Shown here: piece after piece, positions 53,245-64,000 of the stretch | Numbering within the stretch: position 1 is the first letter of the stretch | Layout of the letters: each line of letters starts with the position of its first letter | Source of the DNA: Mytilus californianus | Taxonomy: Eukaryota | NCBI RefSeq assembly: GCF_021869535.1 | Contig: NW_026262582.1 | Span: 32,364,001-32,428,000, forward strand | Length of the DNA: 64,000 nt | Reading direction: 5' to 3' | Notes under the pieces: generated by a model | Database searches by the model: none | What the model saw: the letters and a program-made list of their open reading frames with translations, nothing else | Told to the model about the DNA's origin: nothing | Position numbers and translations under genes: made by a program

Positions 53245-53332
53245 CAAGGGTGTCGGAATTATTATGTCCTGTTGCAAATGTGTCATGCAAATTCAGAAGA
53301 AGAAAATAAATAAACGTTACATATCACATCAT
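53245..53332 (-). pseudogene. Candidate signal-peptide first exon of the Ig gene, with TGA at codon 3
   Basis: ATG ATG TGA TAT GTA... reads MM*YVTFIYFLLLNLHDTFATGHNNSDTL; 88 nt ending g|gtaaat in phase 1, matching the Ig exon. Confidence 0.5.
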
Positions 53333-55025
53333 TGATAAGCTCTCTATGAGTGGATCGACCAGGATAAAGGGTAGGACACTTCGACTGTCAATGGACAACT
53401 AAAAACACGTTGGACAGTTGCAGACATGTTGCCTTGCAACAGTCCACATACGTAGAACGCAGAATTGTTGCAAGCTTTTTCTAATCTAAAGATGGCTTGA
53501 CATTCTTAATACTGGAGGAATCTTACGCAACGTCCCCATTATGACTGAATATAGTTGTTTAATATGTAAATATCATGATGATCAAGAAAATAGGCACATT
53601 ATGCACATTATACAAATGTTTTTAAAAGTAGTTTGATATTTGTGTTGAAATATATTTTCAGGTCTTCAGTAACTAGTAAAATATTATAAAGTATTTTTGT
53701 TCGAAATTGAATCAATTATCATAGTTTATATAATTATATACATAGACATTTGGATTTATGAATGACCCAAGCTTTAGCATTGTTTGTACTTTTTACGATG
53801 CCGTCCCTGAAATAGTAAACAAAAATGAAAACCCCTTTTGAATTGAAAAATAAATGTAATCCCCCTTTCATTTAAGTTTCAAATGGCCGAAGTCATCATA
53901 TTAATATGTAAAGTAAAAAACATTATGTACAACAATAAGTTATATTTTACTCGTATTACTTTACTTTATTTGTTTTACATTGATACATATATACTATATG
54001 AAACCTAATATAGAATTGTAAACCTCGAATGAATATTTAAAACGAAATTGTTATTGTAAATTAATAATTCGTTTTGATTGGCTACTGCAAAATTTCTTGT
54101 TCGTATTTTCTCACGGTCTGCGCATGTACACATAGTTTGTCTTTTACAATTGGGTTATCCTATTGTAAAAATGTTACTACAGGCAAGTAAGTTGATATTT
54201 CATTAGATGTGTTACTTATGATGTCATTCTCGATGCTTAACATAATTATATTATACTTGTAAAGGACAAAAAAATATTCGGAGTCATGAATGATAAGACA
54301 TTACATTGTAATTTAATCAATAATTTATTAACTAAATGCAGTTAATCTCAAAAGTCCAAGACAGTTATACATATTGAGTGTAGCATGTCTATCATGTCTA
54401 TATGGCAATCTAGCCCTGATAACTTATCGTTGAAATCGTGTGTAGTATTGATAATATGAACAGAACCACTTGTTTCTTCCATTGTCAGTTCAGCATTTAT
54501 TAGTAATTCTGTCTATATTTTTCGAATGATAATTGGTCAGTGACGAATATTTCATTCATATTTAGGACGAAAGTAAAATACATATACAACATGATCAATG
54601 GTAGGTTCTGTAGTATAAGTGGACCGTGCTGAAAAGCGGTTATAATTTGTAATGCAGTTGAAAAATTACGATATTTTGAATATGGACAGACATTTTTGCT
54701 TACATACCGGTCCTCATCCCTAAAAGGGTGAGGAGGTTGTATATTTGTATCCACCTTGGAAGATGGGGTCGTGATTAAAAGAAATTTGGAGGAAATCAAG
54801 CCCCTCCAATCATCCCCACGTTTAATTCCACGGTTATGCCAATGCTGCACATTCAGCTGATGAAAAGTAAATTCTGTGTTCATTTTTGTTTTTGTTGATG
54901 TTATTGTTTTGGTTGATGAACAAGAGCTGCGGCAACCTATAGACATTTGTACATTGCTTGGAGTGCAGTGCAGGCCTGCAGGTCTGTGCATGATTATCAT
55001 AATAGTCTCTTGAATTAATAATTTA

Positions 55026-56201
55026 CTAGAACACACCCGCGAAATCGCGGGCATTTTGTGCGTGAAGAAGTAAATAAATTGTTGTAGAATGAATTTTTTA
55101 AAAAGATTTTATGACTGGAGGAAATTTAGGCAAGGTATCAAAAGTCTTAGCCTACGGGTACCGTGGTGAAGGGACAATTTTTTTAGCCCACCCCTTTTTT
55201 CCAAAGTCCGTTATTTTTTGTTTTCTGTTTTTCTGTATACTATGGACATAGAAATAAGAAGATGTGGTATGAGTGCCAATGAGACATCTCACCATCCAAG
55301 TCAAAATTTAGAAAAGTAAACCATTATAGGTCAAAGTACGGTCTTCAGCACGGAGCCTTGGCTCACACCGAACAGTAAGCTATAAAGGGCCCCAAAAATT
55401 ACTAGTGTAAAACCATTCAAACAGGAAAACCAACGGTCTAATATATATAAAAAACAAGAAACGAGAAACACTTATGAACCACATCTACAAACGACAACTA
55501 CTGAACATCAGATTTCTGACTTGGGACAGGTGCAAACAAATGCAGCGGGTTTAAACGTTTTAATGGTACCAAACCTTCACCCTTTTTCTGAAACAATAGT
55601 GTAACATCACAACATAGAAAGACACACTATAAAATATCAACTGAAATAGCTTAACTCAATCAAAGGACATATTAACACCAGTGAACATACACTGAACAAT
55701 AAATTTGACCTATGATACAATGTAAATACAAAATAAACATATCCTAAAAATAAAGTGTATTTGCTGTGTACTACCAATTCTAAGTTTACTTACTATACAC
55801 GGTAGTCACTGATATATTAAATAGAAAAACTCTATATAATATATCATTGACCGCCGTGGATAAACTTGGAATTGATTGTAAATAGCAAATGCACTTTGTT
55901 CATAGTATGATCAAAGTATACAGAAAAACGTGAAAATAATTGTCCTGTCCCCAAGTACTAAGAAATTTAAAACAGCCCTTAACGGAAGTCTTGTCTATGA
56001 CTTAAAAGTCCGTCCGATGACGGAAACAATATCCGGACTTCATTTTTCCTCCCAAAATAACCCAAACTGAATAATCATAAACAAGGATGACAAATGCGAC
56101 TATGCATGGTACCTTTAGGACACAGAGTCATAATGATCAATTTATTGTGGAAGGAAGAGAAGCGACACACAAAATGAGGTCTTCTCATTTAATAGTATAG
56201 A
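55026..56201 (-). mobile_element. Non-autonomous Helitron with both termini
   Basis: On the minus strand: 5' TC ('tctatactattaaatgag') and a 3' GC-rich hairpin gcccgcgatttcgcgggt followed by gtgttCTAG. Inserted between A and T with no TSD. Contains a family E-related insert at 55255-55690. Confidence 0.85.
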
Positions 56202-56691
56202 TTTGTTTTTAAGTGATCAGATATATTATATGCAAATGAATCAATAAACATGCATGCAAAAACTGAAACACGAGAATTATATGAATGTTTTGCAGTTGTA
56301 TATTTGATGCACTTACTTTGAAGTCCCCGGCGGTTCCACCAGCTATCAATTGTTCATTTTAAGTAGATCTTTCATCCCAGCTTCTTTGCTCTACCAGGGG
56401 TGATCTGAGCCGGATCACCCCGGCTTGAGTTTCTTTGTGTTGTAACATTTTGGCGGGAATGCTTTATCCACAATAAAACTTAGAATTATTTAATTACCGC
56501 TACACCAGGACAACTGGATACGAACTCACTGTTAATTTAACATATTTAAACATTGTGTCCGGGGCATAATAAAGGTATATACTATATAATGATATATAAA
56601 GTATATATTAAGGATTGTATGGCGTTCTAAACTAGATTTTATGAAGTGTAAATGGTTTTTTTTTAACTAATCTAGAACAGCTGGGATGTAA

Positions 56692-56799
56692 AATAGTTAT
56701 CTCATTCGGACTTGGTGTATCAGTGTAAGATCACCCTCTGGCCTCCGGCCATCGGGATGATCTTAAACTGACACACCGCGTCCTCATGGGATAACTATT
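56692..56799. repeat. Fold-back palindromic element
   Basis: Arms aatagttatctcat...gtgtatcagtgtaagatcacc / ggatgatcttaaactgacacac...atgggataactatt. Confidence 0.8.
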
Positions 56800-57019
56800 A
56801 CTGAGTTTGTTTACTACTAAATTCAAAGCGAGGCAGAATCTAAAAAATCAATTGTGAGTTCAGTTGTATATATGCATTTCGTTTCATTCGAGTTCTACAT
56901 GTATAAATTTTCTAATGCAGAAGCTTATAAGATAGATAAAGTTAGAATTTTATTCCCAAATTATAGTCCAAACAGGGCATATATATGTGATAGCCTCTTT
57001 ATTTTGTGTAGATTTTAAT

Positions 57020-58063
57020 TGTAAAATAAAGATGTATAATTATGTAAATGTTAAAAAAAACTACAAAACATATTGTCTTTTCTAAATTTTGATTACATTG
57101 AAACGTTTCCATACATTATTGACGTATTGTTGAATATTCATGATTATTTGGATTTCAAGTAATCTGATTGGTTGGTTTGAAGTTTTAGCGCTGAGTAGTG
57201 AGTTTCTTTGTTTGAGTTAGAAGGACTAATCGATTCGAAATGGACAGACGTTTATGTCCAGTAGACATTGAAATAGTTTGAAAGTATATTGAATAGTCAT
57301 GATTGTATTGAAATGACAGACTTGACATTTTGACGTGAGTTTTCTTTATTAATATTTCTAATATATTTTCATAGATTGAATGACTTTTGGTATGAATGGT
57401 TATTTTTCTTCTATCAAAATCCGTTATTTAACATTGTAATTTTGGTTTACAGAATTTGTAAGCTGTTGTATAGAAATTCACTGTATGATTTACCAGTATG
57501 AACTCTTGAAATGGTAACTATACCTTGCTCCACAAGTTGGGAAGGATTAGTAATATGTTATTAGAATTATAATGTATGTTGTTTAAATAGGTTGAATTAA
57601 CTTCGAAGTATGTTAAGCACATAGTTTTGGTATAGAGTTATTTCCCTTGTTTTAGGATGCTTTTAATATTCGCTTAATATATCAATAGTGTTAATTGAAC
57701 ATTTGAATATTACTTGAAAAGACATTTATACTATGATTTGATGATTGAACATAATATTTGTACTAATTATGTTCACAGCTTAGTTGTTTTTTAAGTGCAA
57801 TGTTTTGTATAATACCATTAAATGTAATGAAAGAATATTGTACTTATTATGTGTAATACTATTTACTGTGTTGTCCCGACCGTGCGAGGGCTGTATAGCC
57901 AGTCAATGTCGTTAAAAACTCCTATCATCATAATTGTGTTGTAAAATTAGTATAACTTTATCATTGTTATTACAGGGTGTTTTTACGTTACTGATAAATA
58001 AATATCCTGAACCTTAGCAAAGCGACTTGAGTTTTATTTGAAGCCCAAAAGTCAGCTATTACA
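57020..58063 (+). mobile_element. Putative 5' LTR of the Gypsy element
   Basis: Ends ...ttaca immediately before a PBS, with aataaa at about 57997. The start (tgtaa) is a guess because no second LTR is present for comparison. Confidence 0.5.
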
Positions 58064-58065
58064 TT

Positions 58066-58081
58066 TGGCGCCCTTGTCTGG
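58066..58081 (+). promoter_or_regulatory. Primer-binding-site-like sequence TGGCGCCCTTGTCTGG
   Basis: TGG start 2 nt after the LTR end. The first 8 nt match the 3' end of tRNA-Lys; the cognate tRNA is unresolved. Confidence 0.6.
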
Positions 58082-60258
58082 TGTTTGATTGCACAGATCA
58101 CCACTTTGGAGCTATCTGATGATTTTACCGACGATGTCAATAGTTACCACATGTTACTGGAAGCATGGTTTGTTGTGATCACATGAGACGTCCACCACAT
58201 GTTTATGTTTATCAACAAAAGACTACATGTGCGTGTTACCGGATGTTTACATTCTACACCAAAGAACAACACTACAGTTCATTATATATGTTCCGGAAGT
58301 TACTTTAAATAGTAAGAGAACTTTTTGATTTCCAATTTTGAAATAAGACTTAGTTATTTTGTGAACGTGATTTTGAAATTGATTTGATTAAGATATCAGT
58401 GTTTAATATTTATCAGAAATTAATACTTTGTCATATATATTAGCAGATTATAATTACATTGAAGGTAAATAATTTATATATTATTCCTGTATACATTTTA
58501 ATGTTTTATTTCTGATTTAAACATTACACACACTTAGTTAATTTTAGTTCACACATACACTAGTATATATATATACAGTACTTAGTATTTGTTGATAGCA
58601 TACATTCATACTTTGATACTCGATTACACGTTCACATACGAGCATCACACTACAGTTGATACCTGACATAACTTACACATCCGTGCATACTTAGGTGCAT
58701 CTGTACTTAGGTACATTCATACTGAGGTACATCCATACTTGTTTACATTCATACTTAGATGTTTGATTGATACTTACATGACTTAGTGTCACTTAGTCTT
58801 ATTACTTACCTGATCATAGTCGACTTAGTATAATACACAACTTATGATACGCACATAGAAGTTCATACTTGGAAATTAGTAGTCGTAGTTGTGCATTGAT
58901 AAAATAAATACACGACACTTGCATACACATTTAGGATTTTATTTTTTATTTTTTGTATACAGGGAACGTATATGATATCTTTGTTGGCTGACTCACAAGT
59001 AGCCATGAGGTTGTGAAACACAGTACCATGTCATATTATTGAATAATATGTGGTAATACTTAGATTTTGAAATTGAATATGTGACATTGTATACACATAT
59101 TTTTTAAAACATATTTTGATATTGTTATACCTTGAGTAAAACATATAGGTTTGATTGTTCATGTTCATATGAGTACATACTGGTGATTATTTTGTAAATT
59201 GTTTGTATACATACAGAGAATGTGATATAATATTGGTGTAATATTGTAATATAGCAATAATTTGTCATTATTTTTATGTGATAACTATATTGTTATAATA
59301 TCCCTTGACTGATTGAATATTTAAATAGAAGTGATTTATTTAATACTATTATACTTATACTGATTTTCCTTTGACATTACTTAGACCTTAGACTTATACA
59401 TTGATAGTTTAGTATCGTTGAGTGAGATATTTGTAGTTTGTTTCATAGTTCTGTAGTTACACTACACTTGGTCTTTATTGTTTGTAGTTGCACTTTGGTC
59501 ATTTGAGATTTGAGGGACTGTTGTTCATACTGTGTTCTGAGTTAGATTGATACAGTTTGGAAGTTAGTTTGTTCAATAAGGATTGAGCATACTAGAGTTG
59601 TACTTAGTTGATACTTGAGTTATCTTAGAACTTGCAAACCTTTAATTTTTTTTGGAAACTGAACTTGACTTTTGTCAATAGATTTACTTATTGATATATT
59701 TTGTTGAGATATAGTACATACATTTAATTGATTGTGATTTATACATGTGATTATTGTGATTATTGTGATTGTTTAAACATATATACATAGTTACACTTGC
59801 ATATTTTGTGTTTTTTGAGTTGAGTTTGGAAACGTAAAAGTTTTGTAATTCTCACAACCTAGTTTAGGTACATGAGGTAAGTTTATACTTTTAGAAACCT
59901 ATTAATAAAATTTTCTTTTTCAGATTTCATTAATTATTGTTTTCACATATTATATTTACATTTCTGAATGATATATTGATTAATTTATATAGTTACTTTT
60001 GAATTTCAATTTCTTACTTTAATTACTTAAATATAGTTACAGATTTATCTATTTTAGTCATACTTGATTGATTTATTCTTTTCATTTTGCACTGATTCTT
60101 ATTATCTTTTGCATTTCACAGATTAATATCTGATTTATTTAGATACTTTATTAGAATTCTAAAAAGTTCTGAATAGAACATTAGATTTATTACAGATTAT
60201 TTCATTTTCATTCAGACTTTTGTTTGATATTTTTACTTTCACCTTTAGTTAGACTAGT

Positions 60259-61605
60259 ATGTCGAGTTCTGATATTAAGCATGAGTTGTTACGACTTGGA
60301 CACGTCCTTGATAGATACGAAGAAGATCTCAACATGTTAAGCCAACAACCTAAACAGAAACGTAGACGATCACGTAGAAATAGGAAGCCGTATTGGTATG
60401 ATCAAGAACAGGATATAGCACAGGAACAGGAATTAACACATGAGCCATACATACCTTTTGACACTAGGAAGAAGCCTGTCATATGCTACAGATGTGGAAA
60501 TGAAGGTCACATAGCCATAGGATGCCGAGTTATACTAGATCACTCTCACAAGGCATACAACTTTCAACAGATATGTGCTGAAAACCTTACTTATGCCTCT
60601 TATCAACGACAGTCATCTAAAGAATCACCTGGTTTACTTGGAAGTCCTAATGAAGTGTCAGTCAAGATCAACGAAATTGCATCATCTGCTTCACTTGATA
60701 CAGTATCAACCGTAAGTACACTCAGTGAAACCTTTTACAACAAGTATCGTCATGATCAGCTTATTCAGCCATTGGACCAGATGCTGAAGATAGAATGTGC
60801 TGATGGACGAGACATGCCATACTTAAGATACATCACAGCAAGTATTGAATTACCAGGAGAAGCAACAACTGGAAGTTCCAACCTTTGTTTAATTTTGGTT
60901 GTACCGGACAGCAATTACAACAGAGAGATTCCACTTCTGCTTGGTACTAATATCTTAAAGGAAGTCATGGAAGATGTAAAGTTGCGATTTGGATCAAGGT
61001 TCCATCAAGATGCTAATCGACTAACCAACTGGTACCTTACATTTCAATGTTTATTGGTTAGAGAGAAAGAATTACAGAAGAGGTCAAACAGATTGGGACT
61101 TGTGAAATCAGCTGAAGGAAAGACCATCAAGATTCTTCCAAACAGGGATGTAATTGTCCAAGGTTACACAGATCACGAGTTACCATACCATACAATATGT
61201 GCCATGCTACAACCAACTGAGAAGGCAGCTATTCCAACTGACTTAGATTTAGCTCCTACATTGTTGTCATACAGTTACAGAAACAACAGCACTATACCAG
61301 TCCATATAAGCAACGTCACCAACAGGACAGTAACTATTTCGCCGAATGCCATCTTATGCGAGATACAGCCAGTTTCAGTAGCCGATATAGAGATAGATAC
61401 TGAGTTAGATGATGATCCTACACATCAAGTTACCCTGCCAACGAACTTGTCAGATGCACAACTACAGCAAGGAAAAGATTTGATCCAACAGTTCAGAGAT
61501 GTTTTCAGCAAAAGTGATATAGACATTGGCCATAGTACAGCAGTTCATCACCGCATTGATGAAAGACCTTTAAACAGCGACATCGCCGTATTCCTCCAGC
61601 TATGA
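60259..61605 (+). mobile_element. gag-pro: Ty3/Gypsy minimal gag (CCHC knuckle) plus aspartic protease region
   Basis: CYRCGNEGHIAIGC zinc knuckle and a protease motif LDTVSTVS (DTG changed to DTV). A frameshift near 61568 separates it from the RT. Confidence 0.88.
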
Positions 61606-62150
61606 TCAACGAAGTCCGTGACCATCTTCAACAGTTGTTAGGCGCTGGGATTATCCGCCGCTCTCACTCACCGTGGTCTTCAAACGTTGTTTTATGCCGT
61701 AAGAAGAACGGAAAGCTGAGAATGTGCATAGATTATCGTCAATTAAACCAGAATACCTATAAAGACGCATACGCATTGCCGAGAAGCGAGGAAATACTTG
61801 ATGCACTAGGAGGAAACAACTTTTACACAGTACTAGACATAAAGAATGGATATCATCAGGTAGAGCTAGAAGAAACCCATAAACAACGGACAGCGTTCAC
61901 CGTAGGACCCCTTGGAATTTATGAATTCAACAGACTGCCATTCGGACTCGTCAATAGTCCAGCCACTTACCAACGTTTGATGGAAGAAATCATTGGAGAC
62001 TTGCACCTGAACATCTGTTTCATCTATCTTGATGACCTGATCATCTTCTCCGATACCTACGAAGAACACCTTGATAGACTACATATAGTTCTACAAAGAC
62101 TACGAGAGGGTGGACTCAAGCTTTCACCAAAGAAGTGCGCATTCTTTCAC
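61602..62150 (+). mobile_element. pol: Ty3/Gypsy reverse transcriptase, 3'-truncated
   Basis: SPWSSNVVL, LRMCIDYRQLN, LDIKNGYHQV, TAF, PFGLVNSPATYQR, YLDDLII and LKLSPKKC. Homology stops at about 62150; no RNase H, integrase or 3' LTR. Confidence 0.92.
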
Positions 62151-63157
62151 GCAGGCGGGTTAATGCACTTTGAAAAATTTAGGCATTGATTTTCGATGAT
62201 TGCATCGAAATCTAAATATGACGTCATTTTCTAAACTATGCGACACGTGATTGGCTAGAACGTTACGTCGACGTAAAGTGTGAGCTTGTCACGAACAGCT
62301 GATCGGGCACCTTGTTATGATAGAAGTCAGTCTCAACCGTCCAACAAAAACACGTTAATATAGAAGGATGTTGCTTATATTTTGAGGTAAGTTTGTTTTA
62401 AATCATTTTTAATTAGCCTTTTTACTGCCAAGGTTCGTCGACATTCATTTCATTGATGATTGAGTATGAATGTAGATAAAGCTGCATTGTTTACTTAAAA
62501 AAGGGGCTATTTCCTTTGAATAATTTATGCAAGTCAACACTATTCTATTCGCTTATAAACAATCCTATCTTCATTGACCATTGCCTTAGTAACTTTATGT
62601 AGACATTTTGCAGACTGACCTGCCATGGTCCAAAATGTTTAAATAACGGGCCCATGATGGCCATCAGAAATAAAACATAAGGAGTGGAACAAACAAAACC
62701 GACGATCCGATAGCAAACCACTTCATTCAACATAATCATTCGATGACAAATTTAAAAGTTACCACCATAGAAAGAGTATTTGGAACAGAAATTTACAGAA
62801 AAACAAAAGAAGCCTTTGGGATAAAAAAAATTTAAAACTTTAGAGACTTTGAGAAAATTGATTATATAAGAAGGTCCCATTGCAATTTTGTCGAGTTTTA
62901 ACGAAGAAGTCAACGGAGGCTGTGTGGTTATGTTACCCCAATTTTAAAACTTATTTTGAAGCAAGAATCATATATCTGAACTAAAACATTTTTAATTGTA
63001 AAAATTAAAATACTGTAAAACGGGGGGTTGGGAGGTAAAATACACACTGTAACAAAAAAGTTATGACCGTTTATTCTATGTACCTCGTTCATTTTCATTG
63101 ATAATCAATCGGCCATTAATGATATACAACTGAAGTGTAAAAGTCACGTGATGACCG

Positions 63158-64000
63158 CTATAGTTGGATATGATGTGGCATGAGGAAGCTCCACAGCATT
63201 TCTATTCTCTGATTTGCACTTAATTTACCAACAGTGAAAGATCTACAGCCTTCTACATCGTCGTTGTGAAATGATCGAAGTGCCATTTGGATGTATTTGA
63301 TATCTACATTTTCTGTTCCAGCATCGGCACGAACCATTCTAGGAACGCCCTTAATGGTTTTTAAATAATGTACATAGTCAAAGGCAACAAAACGTGGGTT
63401 TTTGTTACTATGACTAGCTGACAGCCATAGTATTTTCCTAGAAAATCCATCTATTGCTCCGTGTATGGAGATTCCATATGGTTTAAGTTTATCATAACCG
63501 TCGATATGGATGCAAAAGTTTGGACCTTTATTACAATACCGCCTCCGTGTCAATCGTCTGTTCAATCTTCTTACCATCGATGACATATCTAGTGCGTTAA
63601 ATGCAAACCTAACTGTTTCCTGAGTGGCACGTATTCCACAATAAGTATTTAGTATTCTCCACATCGACCTGTACCCAACCTCAGAATAGCCTTGCTCTCG
63701 GAGATGTACAATTTTATCACGAATATGTGGTACTTGACTTTCATTGTTGTATCGTTTCAATTTTAGTTTACTCATAATACGGTACACAGTTTTTACACTC
63801 ACATGCGTCGAGTGAACAAACAACAAAAACCCACAGATTTCCTTTGCAGTGTAGGGCAACTTATGATAGTGTTTCACTAAATCCTCTATAGTGGCATCAA
63901 TCATCTCTTGTGGGAAAACAGGGTTGTCCATTCCATCTGTTAGGTTACCTAAAACACAAAAAACAAAACTTTGAATTACAAATAAATGTTTGGGTTTTGA
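63158..64000 (-). mobile_element. DDE integrase-core transposase element, copy 2 (open ORF 63158-63931, 3'-truncated)
   Basis: 257-aa ORF with HIDGYDKL (D), RADAGTEN (D) and NQRIE (E). An acceptor-like 'gtgttttag|gtaacc' lies just upstream of the ATG in both copies. Runs off the window end. Confidence 0.85.

Noticed and set aside
61555-61610. Programmed ribosomal frameshift in the Gypsy element
   Set aside because: The shift falls inside the conserved pol segment PFKQRHRRIPP and is repaired by one extra T, so it is a mutation rather than a gag/pol junction.

Overview
AT-rich, repeat-dense eukaryotic DNA. The repeat types suggest a bivalve mollusc, probably Mytilus-like; this is an inference, not a database result. 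Host genes: (1) a + strand SLC6 (sodium:neurotransmitter symporter family) gene, 3' half only, with 7 exons at 11537-21890 and three apparent lesions, so a probable pseudogene; (2) a - strand tandem death-effector-domain (DED-DED) gene with three phase-compatible exons at 36020-41855 and no start codon of its own; (3) upstream on the same strand, an intact PB1/ubiquitin-fold-like exon (42506-42986), an intact Ig-domain exon (48022-48327) and a signal-peptide-like exon with a stop at codon 3 (53245-53332). All are splice-phase compatible with the DED exons. Mobile DNA fills most of the rest: a decayed LINE, tRNA-derived SINEs, MITEs, nested Helentron-type elements carrying about 165-bp satellites, a Helitron with both termini, fold-back hairpins, two copies of an IS3/IS481-like DDE integrase element, and a truncated Ty3/Gypsy element with no visible capsid domain. 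The best lead is the DED-DED gene and its unresolved 5' architecture (PB1-like adaptor versus Ig-type receptor). Splice sites and coordinates were read by eye. Repeat boundaries are approximate unless TIR/TSD evidence is given.
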